From: the human T2T-CHM13v2.0 reference genome, Homo sapiens
Assembly: GCF_009914755.1 (NCBI RefSeq)
Contig: NC_060932.1
Direction: 5' to 3' (one strand)
Length of the DNA: 64,000 nt
The first letter of the stretch is position 1. Each line of letters opens with the position of its first letter. Both the position numbers and the translations under genes were made by a program. This document shows positions 38,540 to 51,187 of this stretch, piece by piece. The notes below the pieces were generated by a model. It was not told where the DNA came from, ran no database searches, and saw only the letters and a program-made list of their open reading frames with translations.

Positions 38540-41500
38540 ATGTCAGAGGGAAAAGTTTATTGAGTCAGCCACAGAGGAACAGAGAAACAGACACAAGGAG
38601 GTTCTGTGTGCATGGAGGAAATCAGGGCGCCGCACAGCTGAACCCTGCGCAGGACAGAGGGGCGTGGACAGCAGCGCATGCCACAAACATTCACCTGGCA
38701 AAGAAACAGAGCAGAACCTAAGGGCTCTGTGTACACACAGACACAAACATGAGGCCACTGTTACCCAACTAATAGAAGAGAGTCATGAGCGACACGACAC
38801 TTCCTTACGACCTCTCTCTCCTAAAACGTAACATTATGTGTTTAACACACGCTTACCACCACTGCTAACTCAGCAAGCGCGATTACAGTGCTCCAACTTA
38901 ATAAGTTGATAAAAAGCTGTCCCGTGGCCAGTTCACAATGGAACTAAATAGTTTCGTTCCGAGATGCCTGGGGAGTTTCTCTGGCAACGAGGCATTTCCA
39001 ACAAACGGGTCATTCTGTCACCAGGGGATGGTCTCAGTCCACGGCACAGAGCGACGTGCCCCTGGCAGCACTGTGGAGGGCAAGGGATGCCGCTAGGAGG
39101 GGTGCTCAGTCCTCCTGGAGGACCCAAGGAGGGGCTGGCCAAGGGGCCACCTTGAGCTCTGGCCGGAGGGTGATGGCTGGCTTTGCATGAGGAGGTGACA
39201 AGAACTTTGGGCTGGGCCCCCAACATGCTGTGTGCACGGGCCTTGTTCAACTCGGAACTGAACTGACACCTCTCCCAGGTGGTGAAGGGCAGAACCCCCC
39301 CAGGAGCTCTCGGAAGCAGGGGTCCCTCACGACAGGCCTGTGGCACCAGGCTTGGAGGCAGGGAGCTGGTGTCTCTCAGAAGCGGCGCGTGCTGGTGGGA
39401 GGCGGAGGGACAAACGAGGCTGACTCCGCAGCAGCAGTCCCTCACACGCTGTGTGGTGGCTAAAGCTGGACCAAAGTTAAGAAGCGAAACAGCGTGGGAA
39501 AAGGTGTCCATCTTTTCTGAAGCCGGTTAATGTCTAGTGTGGACAGCAATATTTGGTGTTTTAACAAACCTGGTCTCTAATAGGGGCCGCCATCGCTGGT
39601 GGCTGCACAAACCATTAGCCATATAAGGGAACAGTTGGTATCTTTAAGAGTATTTTTCAAACATGTCACCCGAACATCACCGCCCCAGCAGTGGGAGAGC
39701 CGAGGGTGGCCTGCAGCTCCCCCTTCCAGCCCTCTTGTTGCTGCAGGGACGGCTTCCTGTTCAGCTCTGGGGTTCTAGGTGGTCACAGACCAAGTCCTCC
39801 ACACCTGGGGCATTCAAGAAACACTCCTGATGGCTGTTGGAAGCCACTAACCATCTGAGGAGGGCTCAGTGGCCCTGCCTCCCCCCCGGGGACAGGACTG
39901 GACAGAGTGCTTCTCCCAGGGGCCTGAGGCTTTCAAGGGCAGGTGTCCAAGAGGCAGCACACAGCACTGACGTGTTCAGTGGCAGGTTGGAGGATTCCAG
40001 CTAAGGCCCCTGCCTGAGAGTGAGAAAAACAACACTCCAAAGCTAGCTCTTCAGCCACCAGGGAACGTCATGATGCCAGTCTGCCGACAGACCCAGGAAA
40101 GGGGACACAGGCAGGCCGGCCCAGCTGAGAGCTCACGGCCTCTGCCCCTTCCCGCCAGCTCGCATTCCTGCACCTGGAAACTTCTGCCATGTGTTAAGGG
40201 GAAGCTCGTTAAAAGAGTCTTTACTTAGCTGACTTGTATAGGGAACAAAACCACCACAAATGAGACCAACATTATCCTAGTTTGGTAACTGGTCTGCGCA
40301 CATTACACAAGACTCGACCAACCGACACACCCTGCCTGACACTCCACTCAGTGTGCAGAGGCACCCAGGCCACCAGCCTGCACAGCCCACACCCCAAGGG
40401 TGCCACGAGCCCAACTCCAGCTGCGTCCTCAGCACTGGATGGCTGGCCAGCTTCCCCAGGGGGCACCCGCACGGCCTCCTCGTCCCTCTCGGGCAAGGCT
40501 ATCAGCCAGAGCACCTCCCCTTTGACACTGACCGGCGTCCCCAGCCCCGCCTTGTTACTGCATCCGTCTGAGGTACAAGGTTAGAAGCCACAGACACCCG
40601 AGCTGCAGCCTGACCCACACAAGCTGCGGGCGCAATGGCGCTTTGCAGACAAGACAGCCTGCCCGTCTGCCCTTCTTCTCGGCTTCCCTTAAGACACAAG
40701 GTGACGACACGGACGGTTTCAAGTGAGTGCAATCTGGAAATAATCTCAGTGCAGGGGAGGGGTTGAGGCCAAAGATGTCGTGACCTGGTCCCCGCTGTGG
40801 CCAGGCCGGGCCCACACGCACCGCCAGAGCCCCGGTCACCCACACCTGCCTCCCAGGAAGGCAGCTCCAGAAACCGACTCTACTGACCCTGGACCCCAGC
40901 CCCTGCGGTCCCCTCATTTGGGCTCTGCACACTGACCTGCACACTAAGAAGGGCTTTGCTTGCAAACACCTGAAGTGCTGACAGCTTGACGAGTCTACAA
41001 AGTGTGCAGCCACCGACTCCTGTCACCGAGGAGCACACAACAGTCACGCCTGTCCCTGGCTGGCACTGGCTTCCGGCACATTCATACCCTGACAGTGACT
41101 GTGGCAAGGCCATGTGGAGGGCACTGAATGGCCTTTGTTGTCCTTACTTCAGATTAGTCGAGGCTGGGATCTCAAGGGTTAACACACTATTCAGAGGGGG
41201 GTTGCGAAGCCCCTCTTCCTCCTAAAAATCAAGTCGCAGCCAGGCCCTGAGACTTCTGCACTCCCAGCTGGCGAGGAATCGGCTTTGGTGAGCCCTGGAT
41301 CCGGCCCCTGGGCCTTCAGATGAGGGTGGGAAGCCTCAGGCAAGGGGTGGCCCCCAGATGAACCCACATTTGGTGTGGTTTGGGTCGGATCTTGATTCGG
41401 GTCAGGCCACTGCCACCCCACATCCGCTGCTTTCTTGCCTCCAACTGTTTTATAGTCGTCAGGACGAGAAGCCGGAGAAACCAGCTAAGACGGGAGCTGC

Positions 41501-42939
41501 GCCTCGAGATCCTGACAAGTACAGCCAGGTCTCAGAGAGGGGATCTACAGTCTTAAAGCCGCTAGAGGATCAAGTTGCATAGAGTGAGCTGCCACGGACG
41601 CCCGGCCGAGGTGAGGAAGCCAGGGGTGCCGTCCCCCAGAGAAGAAGGGCCACAGTGCCCAGCCCACGGGGCTCCCGCTGGCCGGAGGGCTCGCAGCAAA
41701 GCTGGCAGCACTTTCAGTAGTCGGACTTGCCCTGTCCAAGCACGAGATTCACAAGGCCATTCTCAAGTTTCCACACATCCAGAAAATGTTCTTGAAGTCT
41801 TGAAGTCAGCCCTCTGCGATCCTGGGACACCGTGGCCTGGCAGACACACCGTGCGTGAGCAGGTACCCAACTGCCACCCGGACACAAACACACAATCTAC
41901 AAAGTGCCACCAGCGGCAGGAGACACGGCAAGACCAGAGGCCCATCAAGTACATTAAACAGTCGTTCCTTTAAATACACAGAAAATTCAAGTAATTTATT
42001 TAAAAACTGCTTTAGTTTCATCTTGAAATATATATACGTGTATATATATATTTGCTCTAGAATGATCATATTGCAGCATGATTCTCATGCATTTCAAAGT
42101 ACTTTATTTAAAAAACAACTTGAGGCAGCAAAAGTATTAATTACAATTGTCTGACTTTATCTGTGTGATGTGCGGGGCCTCCCTGTCTCCTGATCTCAGT
42201 AAGCCTACACCGACCGTTTCAAATAGGCTTAGTTCTAAAGAGACTGTGGTTTGGAAAACATTTCCAAATAGCTGCAGTACTTGCCCGAGTTTTGCTTATT
42301 CGTTGAAACCAGAACGACTGTGCGGAGCCCTCCGGTGACACGGGCCTTAGCTGTCCCAGACGTCTGCGTCCCTTTGCACCTGTCCCGATTCCAGCGTCGA
42401 GCAGGTGAGCAGGCGAGGAAGGCATGGAGTTCCGACAGGTTCCAGCACGCATGTCCCCTTCGCAAGCGGGGGAGGCCCTCGCACATCCACACACCCGAGG
42501 TAGCCTTGCGGCGGGACTTGGGAGGCAGGGCCCGCTGGGAGCTCTGCTCTCAGGAATCCCCAGCAAATGGTTTAGAGACGAATCAAAGTGCAGTGAAAGT
42601 CAACGTTTCCTTCCCCCTGACGTTGGGAGGGGTCTGGAGGGGCAACCTGGCCTCCTAGGAGAGTCCTTCAGACGGGACGAGCAGGGTCACATGGCTGGGC
42701 GCAGACACACTCACACGCGCACGCAGGAGCTCGTCTGGAGCTCACGCTCCGCCCCCAGGTGGTGCCCAGCCCATCCCTGGGCAGGGTGTCTGGGAGCCAC
42801 CCCTGCAAATCACTGTCTTCTGCCCAGGCCCCCCGGACCAGCCTCCTCCCAGCTTTGGTGTGCGGTCGCTGCCCAAGGACAGGGCTGCCCTGGGCACAAT
42901 GTGTCCAACTCGCTGAGGAAAAGAAGATACGTCATTCTT
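38540..42939 (-). other. SLC45A4: SLC45A4 long 3'UTR with proximal and distal poly(A) signals (end approximate)
   Basis: Minus-strand AATAAA at 42103-42108 and 41995-42000 (AT-rich block) and at 38556-38561. Confidence 0.65.
38556..38561 (-). terminator. SLC45A4: SLC45A4 distal polyadenylation signal AATAAA
   Basis: TTTATT on +. On the minus strand it is followed by a GU-rich element (gatgtgggtgtgtctgt). Confidence 0.65.
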
Positions 42940-43065
42940 CTAAGAGAACCACATTGTGGAAAAGAAAATTTTTTTTCTAAAATAATCATAAAGAAAAATA
43001 CTCTCCAACAGCTGCGGCACCAGCCAATGTGACGAGATCTGACAGACGTCAATACCTGCAGGCGT
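42940..43065 (-). CDS. SLC45A4: SLC45A4 optional terminal coding segment (TPAGIDVCQISSHWLVPQLLESIFLYDYFRKKIFFSTMWFS*); a second frame runs to 42810
   Basis: atttcctctctgtag acceptor at 43066. In frame with donor GTG|GTCTGA at 43565. The donor GA|GTCCGT at 43572 instead gives ERLQVLTSVRSRHIGW...GRRQ* (ORF 42810-43052). Confidence 0.7.
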   Translation of the reverse strand, partial: TPAGIDVCQISSHWLVPQLLESIFLYDYFRKKIFFSTMWFS

Positions 43066-43558
43066 CTACAGAGAGGAAATTTGATAAAAATATTTTAGTC
43101 ACTGACTACACTACCATTATCTGAAGCATTCAGATAAGACTTAGCAGAGAATGTCAGATTTTGTTTTCAATTATAATTTTAGAAATGCAAAATCTTATTT
43201 TTTCTAAGTTGCTTATTGTCTATATAAATGTTTTATATCATTTAAAAACATGCAGAATAATACACCTGCAGAATAAAAGAGCTGAAATTAAAATATCTTT
43301 TTCAATTAAAAAAAATATTTCAAATGATTCTTTTAATTATCGAAAAAGTGGTTAGTGTGGTATTTGCTTAGTAGCTCAAACCTACCCTACGACTACTGAA
43401 TTGTGGCTATGGGGGCGGAGGGGCTCTGGCCCGCACTGCCGGGTCGGCCACAGCATCTGCAGGGTTCCGCGGTGTCTCTGCTCCCGCCCATGGCCTGGCC
43501 CCGCCGCCCGCCCGCCCGCCCACCCGCCCGCTGGAATGTGTGTAAACGGGAGTGCGGC

Positions 43559-43924
43559 TCAGACCACGGACTCTGTCTCCACCGGTCCCTGCAGGCCCTC
43601 CTTCCGCGTGAGCTTCAGCACGGTGGGCTTTTCGCTGTTCCCGCCGGCCCTGCCTTCGCCGGCCAACGGGGAAGACAGGCCTTTCTGCTCCTCCTTGGCC
43701 TCCTCTGACACGTCGGGATAGATCACCAGGAATGTGGCCGTCAGGAAGCCCAGGAAAGAGCCCACAGAGGCCACCATGGGGATGACGCGGACAGTCCCCA
43801 CGGCGTCGACCACGCCCCCAAGGGCAGAGGCCACCAGGATCTGCGAGATGTACACTTGGCAGGACAGGATGGCACAATCTATGCCAAACCCTCGCTTGGA
43901 GTTCCCGGGGCTGTGGTGGATGTA
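43559..43924 (-). CDS. SLC45A4: SLC45A4 C-terminal coding exon (YIHHSPGNSKRGFGIDCAILSCQVYISQIL...PVETESVV*)
   Basis: gtttcctctcttgcag acceptor, RG.G.D motif, last two TM helices, TGA at 43561-43559. Confidence 0.95.
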   Translation of the reverse strand, partial: YIHHSPGNSKRGFGIDCAILSCQVYISQILVASALGGVVDAVGTVRVIPMVASVGSFLGFLTATFLVIYPDVSEEAKEEQKGLSSPLAGEGRAGGNSEKPTVLKLTRKEGLQGPVETESVV

Positions 43925-45293
43925 CTGCAAGAGAGGAAACACGAGGCGGTGAGCGGCTGGAGAAGGTGGCTGCTACCCGTGCTTCACAACTGTGAGTATT
44001 AACCCACAAGCCTGGAAACATGACCCGTCTTCCACCGAGTCTCTTGGCAACCACTCCTGCCTGAGCACCCTCAATCCCCCAGCTCCTGTCCAGCACTGTA
44101 CAGGCGGAAGAGGTGGGAAGTTCTAGCTCAAGGAGAGGGCAGGCGTGGAAGCAACTCTGTCAATCCAGTCGGGACGTGGGCTTCCCAGGAATCTGGCCTC
44201 CAGTCTCAAGGAGAGGTGGCAGGGCCAGGCTCCACCAGGCGGGCTCCCCCTCACCCTGGTGGTCTCCAGCAGGGGCTGAGTGGGGAGGGGTGCTGTGAGC
44301 CCAGGTTGATGCCTCCCAAAGTATAACTGCAGGTGGCCACGTGCAACAAAGGCTGGACCCACGGAAAGAGTGAGCAGTTTCACTTGTGTTTCTTGCACAA
44401 AGATACAAAAGAAAACTGCTGTACATATATTACTACCATTAGACAGCATCTCTGCAAAGGCTTTTTCCTAGAGATAGTGAAAAAAAGGTCAGTCCACTAA
44501 GAAGCTAAAAAACAAAGCAGCTCTAAATGTGTGTGCCATAATCACAGTGAGAGATGGTTATCTACCTTTCAGAAAATAGACAGAAGCAGGAAGAGAAGAG
44601 CTAAGCAATGTCAAGGTTGACCTCACAGACAGAGACGGGGCACTAGGTGCAGGACCCACATTCTTTCCAAGCGTACACGGAACATTTACCAACACGCGTG
44701 ATGTGCTGGGCCACAAAGGAAGCCTCAGCTAACTGTAAGGCTGCAACCACATGGGGTATGTTCTCTGGCCATTAAGGAGTCACACTGGAAATCAGTAACA
44801 ACAGGACAACTGGAAAAAGCCCAAATGTCAGAAATTCATCAGTGTCCTTCTAAATAATTCATGGTTCAAAATAGAAATCGTAATGAAAATTATAAAAATC
44901 TTTTAAAAGAAAACCCAACATTAAAACCTGCATGGTGCAGCTAAAGGTGTGTGTGGAGGGAAACTGACCTTAAATGCAAATATTAGCCTGGAAATCAGAC
45001 TAAGAAATGAGCAACAGCAAATTAAACCAAGACATAACGGAAGGCAGGAGACAGCAAAGGGCGGCAGTGAACGCGCAAGCACGCGGACACGTGGCAGGGA
45101 GGACTAAGACGCCGAAAGTTCTTTGAAACACAAATAAAATCAATAAAGTCTCAGATAACTAACACGGGAGGAAAAAGGTGTTATCACTATAGGTTCCATC
45201 ACATTAGATCATAAGAGAACAATTTAATGCTAATAATCTTGAAAGTGCAGATGAAATGGACACATTCTCAGAAAAACACAAATTAAAGCATCA

Positions 45294-45585
<292 letters not shown>

Positions 45586-45794
45586 GCATCATACTTCCTA
45601 GTAAGATATTAAATACTCCCCTGTTGAGTTTGAAAGAGCAAACACCACTTCTACATATTTAGTATTGGAGGTTCCAGCCATTCCAAGAAGGCAAGGAAAA
45701 TAAGTAACAGGTACGAAGGATCAGGAAGGAGAAAACGGAGCTCATTAGACACAGATGATGTGGCTGTGTAAGTAGATGGCCCAAAGAATCTCCA

Positions 45795-45872
45795 GATGTG
45801 CTGAGGATTAATAATAGAAGGGCATGTCACACTGATGCACTGAGGATTAATAATAGAAGGGTATGTCACACT
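45795..45872. repeat. 39-bp tandem duplication
   Basis: gatg(tg/ca)ctgaggattaataatagaaggg(c/t)atgtcacact x2. Confidence 0.88.
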
Positions 45873-47134
45873 TAGGGATAGGAAGTTCCATACTACAAAG
45901 TCATTCACTCTCCCCAAATTGACCCATATAATTTGTTTTTAATTTTAAAAGCCCAGAAGCTGAATCTAACATTTAGATGACAAATAAATGGTTGAGAATA
46001 GCCAAGACAATCTTGAAGAAGAACAAAGTTGAGGGATTTCTACTACCAGTTTTCAGGACTTATTACAAAACTAGTGAGAGACAGTTGACATTTGTGCAAG
46101 AATAGAGAGACTAGCGGAAGAGAAGAGAGCGGAAACACATGCTTACACGGAAGCCCAATTTATGGCAAAGGTGGCACTGCACAGAGGGGCGGGGAGCAGT
46201 GCTGGGTCATGACCTAGGCAGACACCCATATGTAGGGAAAAAAATAAAAGTCTTGAACCCCCACCTCAAACCACACACACCACACTACTCCAAGGAGACT
46301 GTCAGCCAACAGCACGGGCACAACAGGAGGTGTTTGTGGCAAGGGACGTTCATGCAGTGCTACCTGTGACGGCCCCAACCTGGAAGCACCCAAAGGCTCA
46401 CAAAGCAGGGTGCATCTGGCCATACACTGTGACATGAAAAGGCTGGCCGTGCTGCCGCCAGCAAGCACGTGAGTGAATCCTAGAGGATGAAGCCAGATGT
46501 TTCAGCTGCATAAAGTCCAGAAAGAGGCAAGAGTCTGCCTGTGCTGCGGCTACTGAGCATTTGAGATAAAGCTCGTCTCATGTGTGATGTGCTGTGATGT
46601 AACATACACACAATTTCAACGATGAGCAAGAGTGTAAGGTATCTCGATGACTTTTTTCATATAGAGTACATGCTGAAATAATGTTTTAGATACACCAGGT
46701 TGAATAAATATGCTATGAAAATGGCCTTCACTGGCCTTTTCACTTTCTAAACGTGGCCGCCAGGAAGTCTAGGCATACCTGGGTGGCTTTCCTCCCATCC
46801 AAGTGGAAAACACGGGGCTGGAGCTTCCCCCTCAGGGAAATGTGACTGGGCCTGAGGGGACCAAAGGGGCAGGGACAGTGCTTTTGCCTCCAGAAGCCTC
46901 TGGAGGTGCTAGGGGGGTGGGGGCGGCTGAAGGAGAAGACCCTTTGTGGCCAGGGACCGATCAGGGGCAGGTGGTGGCTCTGTGGGCTTTGGAAGGGGCC
47001 ATCTCAGAACCGGAGAGGAAGGAGGGCCATCTGTGTCGTGAACGTCCCCCCGGGGAAGCACAGGGCTCTGCTCTGTATGGAGGGAAGGCACTCAGGAGGC
47101 TGGAGCGCAGATCTCAGGGCTACGGTGGACGCAC

Positions 47135-47346
47135 CTGCTTGATGTCATGGTACTGGCCCAGCAGGGCGTACGGGCAGTAGGAGATGCTCATGGAGACGAT
47201 GCCCATGGTGCTGATGGTGACCATGGCGACGTAGACGTTGGGAAACATGGCCATCACGGCTGTGCCAACAGAGAAGCCCAGCGTCCCCAGCACGTAGATC
47301 ACCCTGACGCTCAGGTCGTAGTTGTCCAAGTACTTCTGTAACAGGG
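47135..47346 (-). CDS. SLC45A4: SLC45A4 coding exon (ALLQKYLDNYDLSVRVIYVLGTLGF...GQYHDIKQ)
   Basis: cccctctctgcag acceptor, GTGCGT donor, 212 nt, phase 1/0. Confidence 0.95.
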
Positions 47347-48465
47347 CTGCAGAGAGGGGCACAGGGACAAGGACAGTGGGCAGGCGGCTGGCTCCTGTCG
47401 GGCTCCCTCCACCATCCCTCCCCTCGCCCCCCACATCCCCCCGACCTCCACTCCTTCCAGCTGAACCCAGACCTGGTCAGGCAGGCACAGCTGGCACAGG
47501 CCTCCGGCACGTATTTGTAGCTCACGGGCCCGCTGGGATGCCCAGTGGCTCCAGCACCACAGACAGAAATTGGCCCTCCTTGTCCCAGACCCCATAACCC
47601 CGCCCTTCCTGCAGCTCCCAGGGGCCCCCTGCCCTGCCAGGCCAATCTGGGCCCGCTCAGTGGCCTTCTCTGGCCGTACACCCAGGACGATTTCTTCTCC
47701 TGATGTGGGTAGCAGTGGACAGTCCTGCCTCGGGAACACACATTTTTGCTGGTTTTTCTCATGGGCACCGCTCTGTTCTTCCCTCACCCTTCCTGATGCG
47801 GCAGCTCAGACGGCACCTCCCCTGGGAAAGTGCTCTGCTGAGAATTCCTCTGTTCAAGCGGTGACAATGCCGTTTACCAATGCGCCGGCTGCTGCTGACC
47901 AAGAGGCATTTACTTCGGCCATCCTCACATCTGGCTCAGGCGGAAATGAAGCTGGCCTTCCCCATGTTCAGAGTCCAGGCAGGCCAGCCCGATTCACACT
48001 CGGCTCAGAGACCCCTGACCCAATTACCCCTGGTTCCTGGTGAGCCTCGCTGCAGGACGGAAGCCTGTCACCCCGGCCCCATCCCTCAGGGTGAAACGTG
48101 CTGGGCCCTGCTCCTCCACTGCTCTGATCATCAGGCCTTCATCCAGCTCTGTGCTGGGGCCAGGGACAGCGTGTCTGGAGGCACCATTGACGTGGGACAG
48201 CATCATGGGACCGCACAGGCAGGACAGGCCCCAAAAGGGTCTCAGAACCACACTGCTTCTGGTGCCAGCCCACAGCGGCCTTTTCCCTAAAACGAGGACA
48301 TGGGAATTTCGATGCTTCTCCCCAAGGGGTGGCCCTGTTTTGAGGGACCCAGAAGTCAGTGCGACTGATGGCCCCAGCTTCTAAGGTGCAGGATTCTCTC
48401 GTCTGCATTTCTAATCACTGAGTTTTCTGGGGTGCGAGTGCTGACCTGACTTGGGGAGCTCTTAC

Positions 48466-48565
48466 CTGAACAAATAGCACCAGTGGCGGCATAAATGACC
48501 AGGCCCCAGCAGCCCATCTTGACCCCGGCGTTGTAGGCTTGCCAGGCGGTCGAGTTCGAGGGGGC
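48466..48565 (-). CDS. SLC45A4: SLC45A4 coding exon (APSNSTAWQAYNAGVKMGCWGLVIYAATGAICS)
   Basis: tttccggaacag acceptor, GTAAGA donor, 100 nt, phase 0/1. Confidence 0.95.
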
Positions 48566-49368
48566 CTGTTCCGGAAATGAGACGGGGGCTGACGAGGGCA
48601 TCTGCTGGGCCCTCCAGGCCAGGAGCGTATTTCCCATGGGAACTGCTGGCCGGCTGCTCATTCTAAGAGCGGTGACAGGAAAGTCCCATCCAGGAGGAGA
48701 GCCCAGCCCAAGTCGGTTGCTATCTGTAAAGCATTTCCATGCCTCCCAGACCACGAATGTTCTGTGACGTGACTCTGCCACCGCGGCAAGAGGCGGAGGG
48801 TTCTGTGTGTCTCCCGGTCCCCAGTCTGGGCTGGTCTGGACTTGCAGAAGTGACGCTCCCGCAGCCTCCGCCGTGGCCCTCTCGGAGCCACTGCATGGAG
48901 CAGCTCAGACTGGACCAGAAAGGGAGGGACCGTATGGAGACAGGAGGCCCGAGCGTGTGCTGAGGGCACCTTGGTTCTCCTGGCAAACGCAGCCACAGGT
49001 GTGACCCAGCCGTTACCACAGGGGCCAGAAGGGCCACCAATGAGCCTGGCATGGTCAACAGCAGGCCATTATCTTAGCTGCCGTTTTGGGGTAGTCTGAC
49101 ACACAGTAACAGACACCCCGTTCACACCAGAATCAGCATTCACGACTGCTCACCGCGGGCCTCACTGCAACCCACCCCATGACCCCAGGACGGCCCCCAC
49201 CAAGTTCCCAGAGGCGCGCGCGGGCCAGCTGCCTGCCGCGGGTCCCTCACCTGCACGGGAGGCACTGTGTGGCCTCCCTGACACGCGTGGGCACGAGGAA
49301 GAGGCCCCCCGGCCCAGCCCGTGAGCTTCTCCGTGAGCCGCAGGTGGGCAGAGAGGCCGAGCACTCAC

Positions 49369-50387
49369 CTTGGGGTCGCCTTCGAAGATGACCTGGCCCA
49401 TGAAGTCGGTGTAGAACACGGCCTCGGCGATGACAGAGAACCAGGTGAGGAGGTGGCAGAGGCACAGCCGCATCAGCTCCCTGGGCATCTTCAGCATGGA
49501 GAGCCACAGCAGGCGCACCGTGGTCTCGCCCTCCCCCTCCTCACTCTCGGTGTCCCCGCTGGAGGTGGTGGCCCCGCTCTGGTTCCGGTGCCGGTGCTGC
49601 CGCTGCCGCTTCTGCATGTCGTACAGGTCGCTCATGCTGCGCGACGGCTTGATCAGCACCACGGCGTTGGCGCGCCGGTAGCGGTAGCAGTGGGACCCAA
49701 GCTTGCCGTAGTAGGAGAAGGTGCTGGAGGCCTGCCTGCGGAACGCGTGCCGCCGCCGCCGCATGGAGCTCGACGTGGCCGAGGGCTTCGTGTCCACCCT
49801 GGTGTAGCCGCCGAGGGCGTCTTTTGTGGGGGAGCCACTTCCGTTTGGGACTTTAGCTTCATTCAAGTGATTATCCAGCAAGGTCTCGTCCTCCTTGGCG
49901 GCTTCCTTGAGGAAGGTGGCCAGGCGGGGCAGCTTGGTCTTGGCGAGCTCCTGGCTGGTGCTGCGGGGGGTGGCGGGGTAGGAGGCGTCGTGGAAGATGG
50001 AGGGCTCGATGTCGTGCAGGAACAGCAGCTCGGGCTCCAGGTCCAGCGCGGTGTCCGGCACGTGCAACGCCGAGTCGCTTTTGCTGCGCATGATGTCCAC
50101 GTCCGGGTAGTCCAGGGCCAGCTCGTGCTCCGACTGTACCTCGTCTGGGAAGGCAGGGACGCCGTGCGGCTCGCCCCCATCCAGGGCGCCGGGCTCCTCA
50201 GCGCTGCGCTCCTGCTGCGGGCTGTACTGCTCCTCGTCGATGCTGAACAGGTGCAGGGCCACGGACACCGTGAAGATGATGGCGGCAAAGAAGAAGAGCA
50301 CCTGGTTCTGGGTCCGGAACCAGCTGCCCAGGAAGGTCTGGGTCCAGTCCAGCCCACCCAGCACGTAGCCGATGGCTCCGCCGAGGC
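49369..50387 (-). CDS. SLC45A4: SLC45A4 large exon: TM helices plus long central cytosolic loop (GLGGAIGYVLGGLDW...FYTDFMGQVIFEGDPK)
   Basis: cttcctcccacgcag acceptor, GTGAGT donor, 1019 nt, phase 1/0, ORF 49162-50364, family motif FYTDFMG..IF.GDP. Confidence 0.97.
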
Positions 50388-51007
50388 CTGCGTGGGAGGA
50401 AGCGGCAGCCGGTGAGCCGGTGGCACCAGGCCACAGGGGGGGAAGCTCTGGGAGGGCCTCTCCCTCTAACAGGGGGCCGGGGCTGCCCTCATGATGGGAG
50501 TCAGGGGCTGGAGAAGGAGAAAGCAGTAGGAAAACAAAACAAGAAACTGCAGCTGCTGCTGGGTCTGAGAATTCTGACCCGACAGAACTGCCCCTTGATC
50601 AATGAAGGGCAGACTACCCCAGGACGGACGCAAGTGTGCGCCTCTCTGCACTGAAGGGCATTCCCTCTGCATACGGAGCTGGCCACGTTCACCCTGGATG
50701 GGAGTACTGCCCTGCTGGAGGGCAAGGTCAGTGCAGGGCTGGGAGGTTCACTGTGCCAGCATGCATGTCACCCTCTGCAGGCCTGGCCTCCTGCCCCTTG
50801 AGGCTCCTCAGTGCCTTGGCCCCACTGTGCTCGGTGGTCAAGAGGGGCTGCCCCTGGTTACCTTCCAGCCCTAAGACCCTGCCCACTGCCTCAACCCTCC
50901 ATGCAGCCTGATGAGGCAGCGCTGACAACACAGGCTCCTGTCCCCTCCCCACACCAGGCCCGGGCACGTTGGAACCCGGCCACCCAGCCTTGGTGCGGCA
51001 GCGTTAC

Positions 51008-51187
51008 CGGCAGAGAAGGCGTGGATGTTGAGGGCCATGTCCTGCTCCTCGCTGTCCACCACGTCCAGCAGATAGGCACGGATGGGCCCCTCGGTGGCAT
51101 CGGCGCTGAAGTCCAGGACCACCACTCCCAGCACCGTGAGCACGATGCCGATGGGCTGCCGGTTGGGGACATCGCCGAGGGCCAGAC
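51008..51187 (-). CDS. SLC45A4: SLC45A4 coding exon (GLALGDVPNRQPIGIVLTVLGVVVLDFSAD...HAFSA)
   Basis: gtgctctgcgcag acceptor, GTAACG donor, 180 nt, phase 1/1, TM helices, P.RAYLLD motif. Confidence 0.96.

Noticed and set aside
49321-50415. 364-aa + strand ORF
   Set aside because: Antisense shadow of the GC3-rich SLC45A4 large exon.
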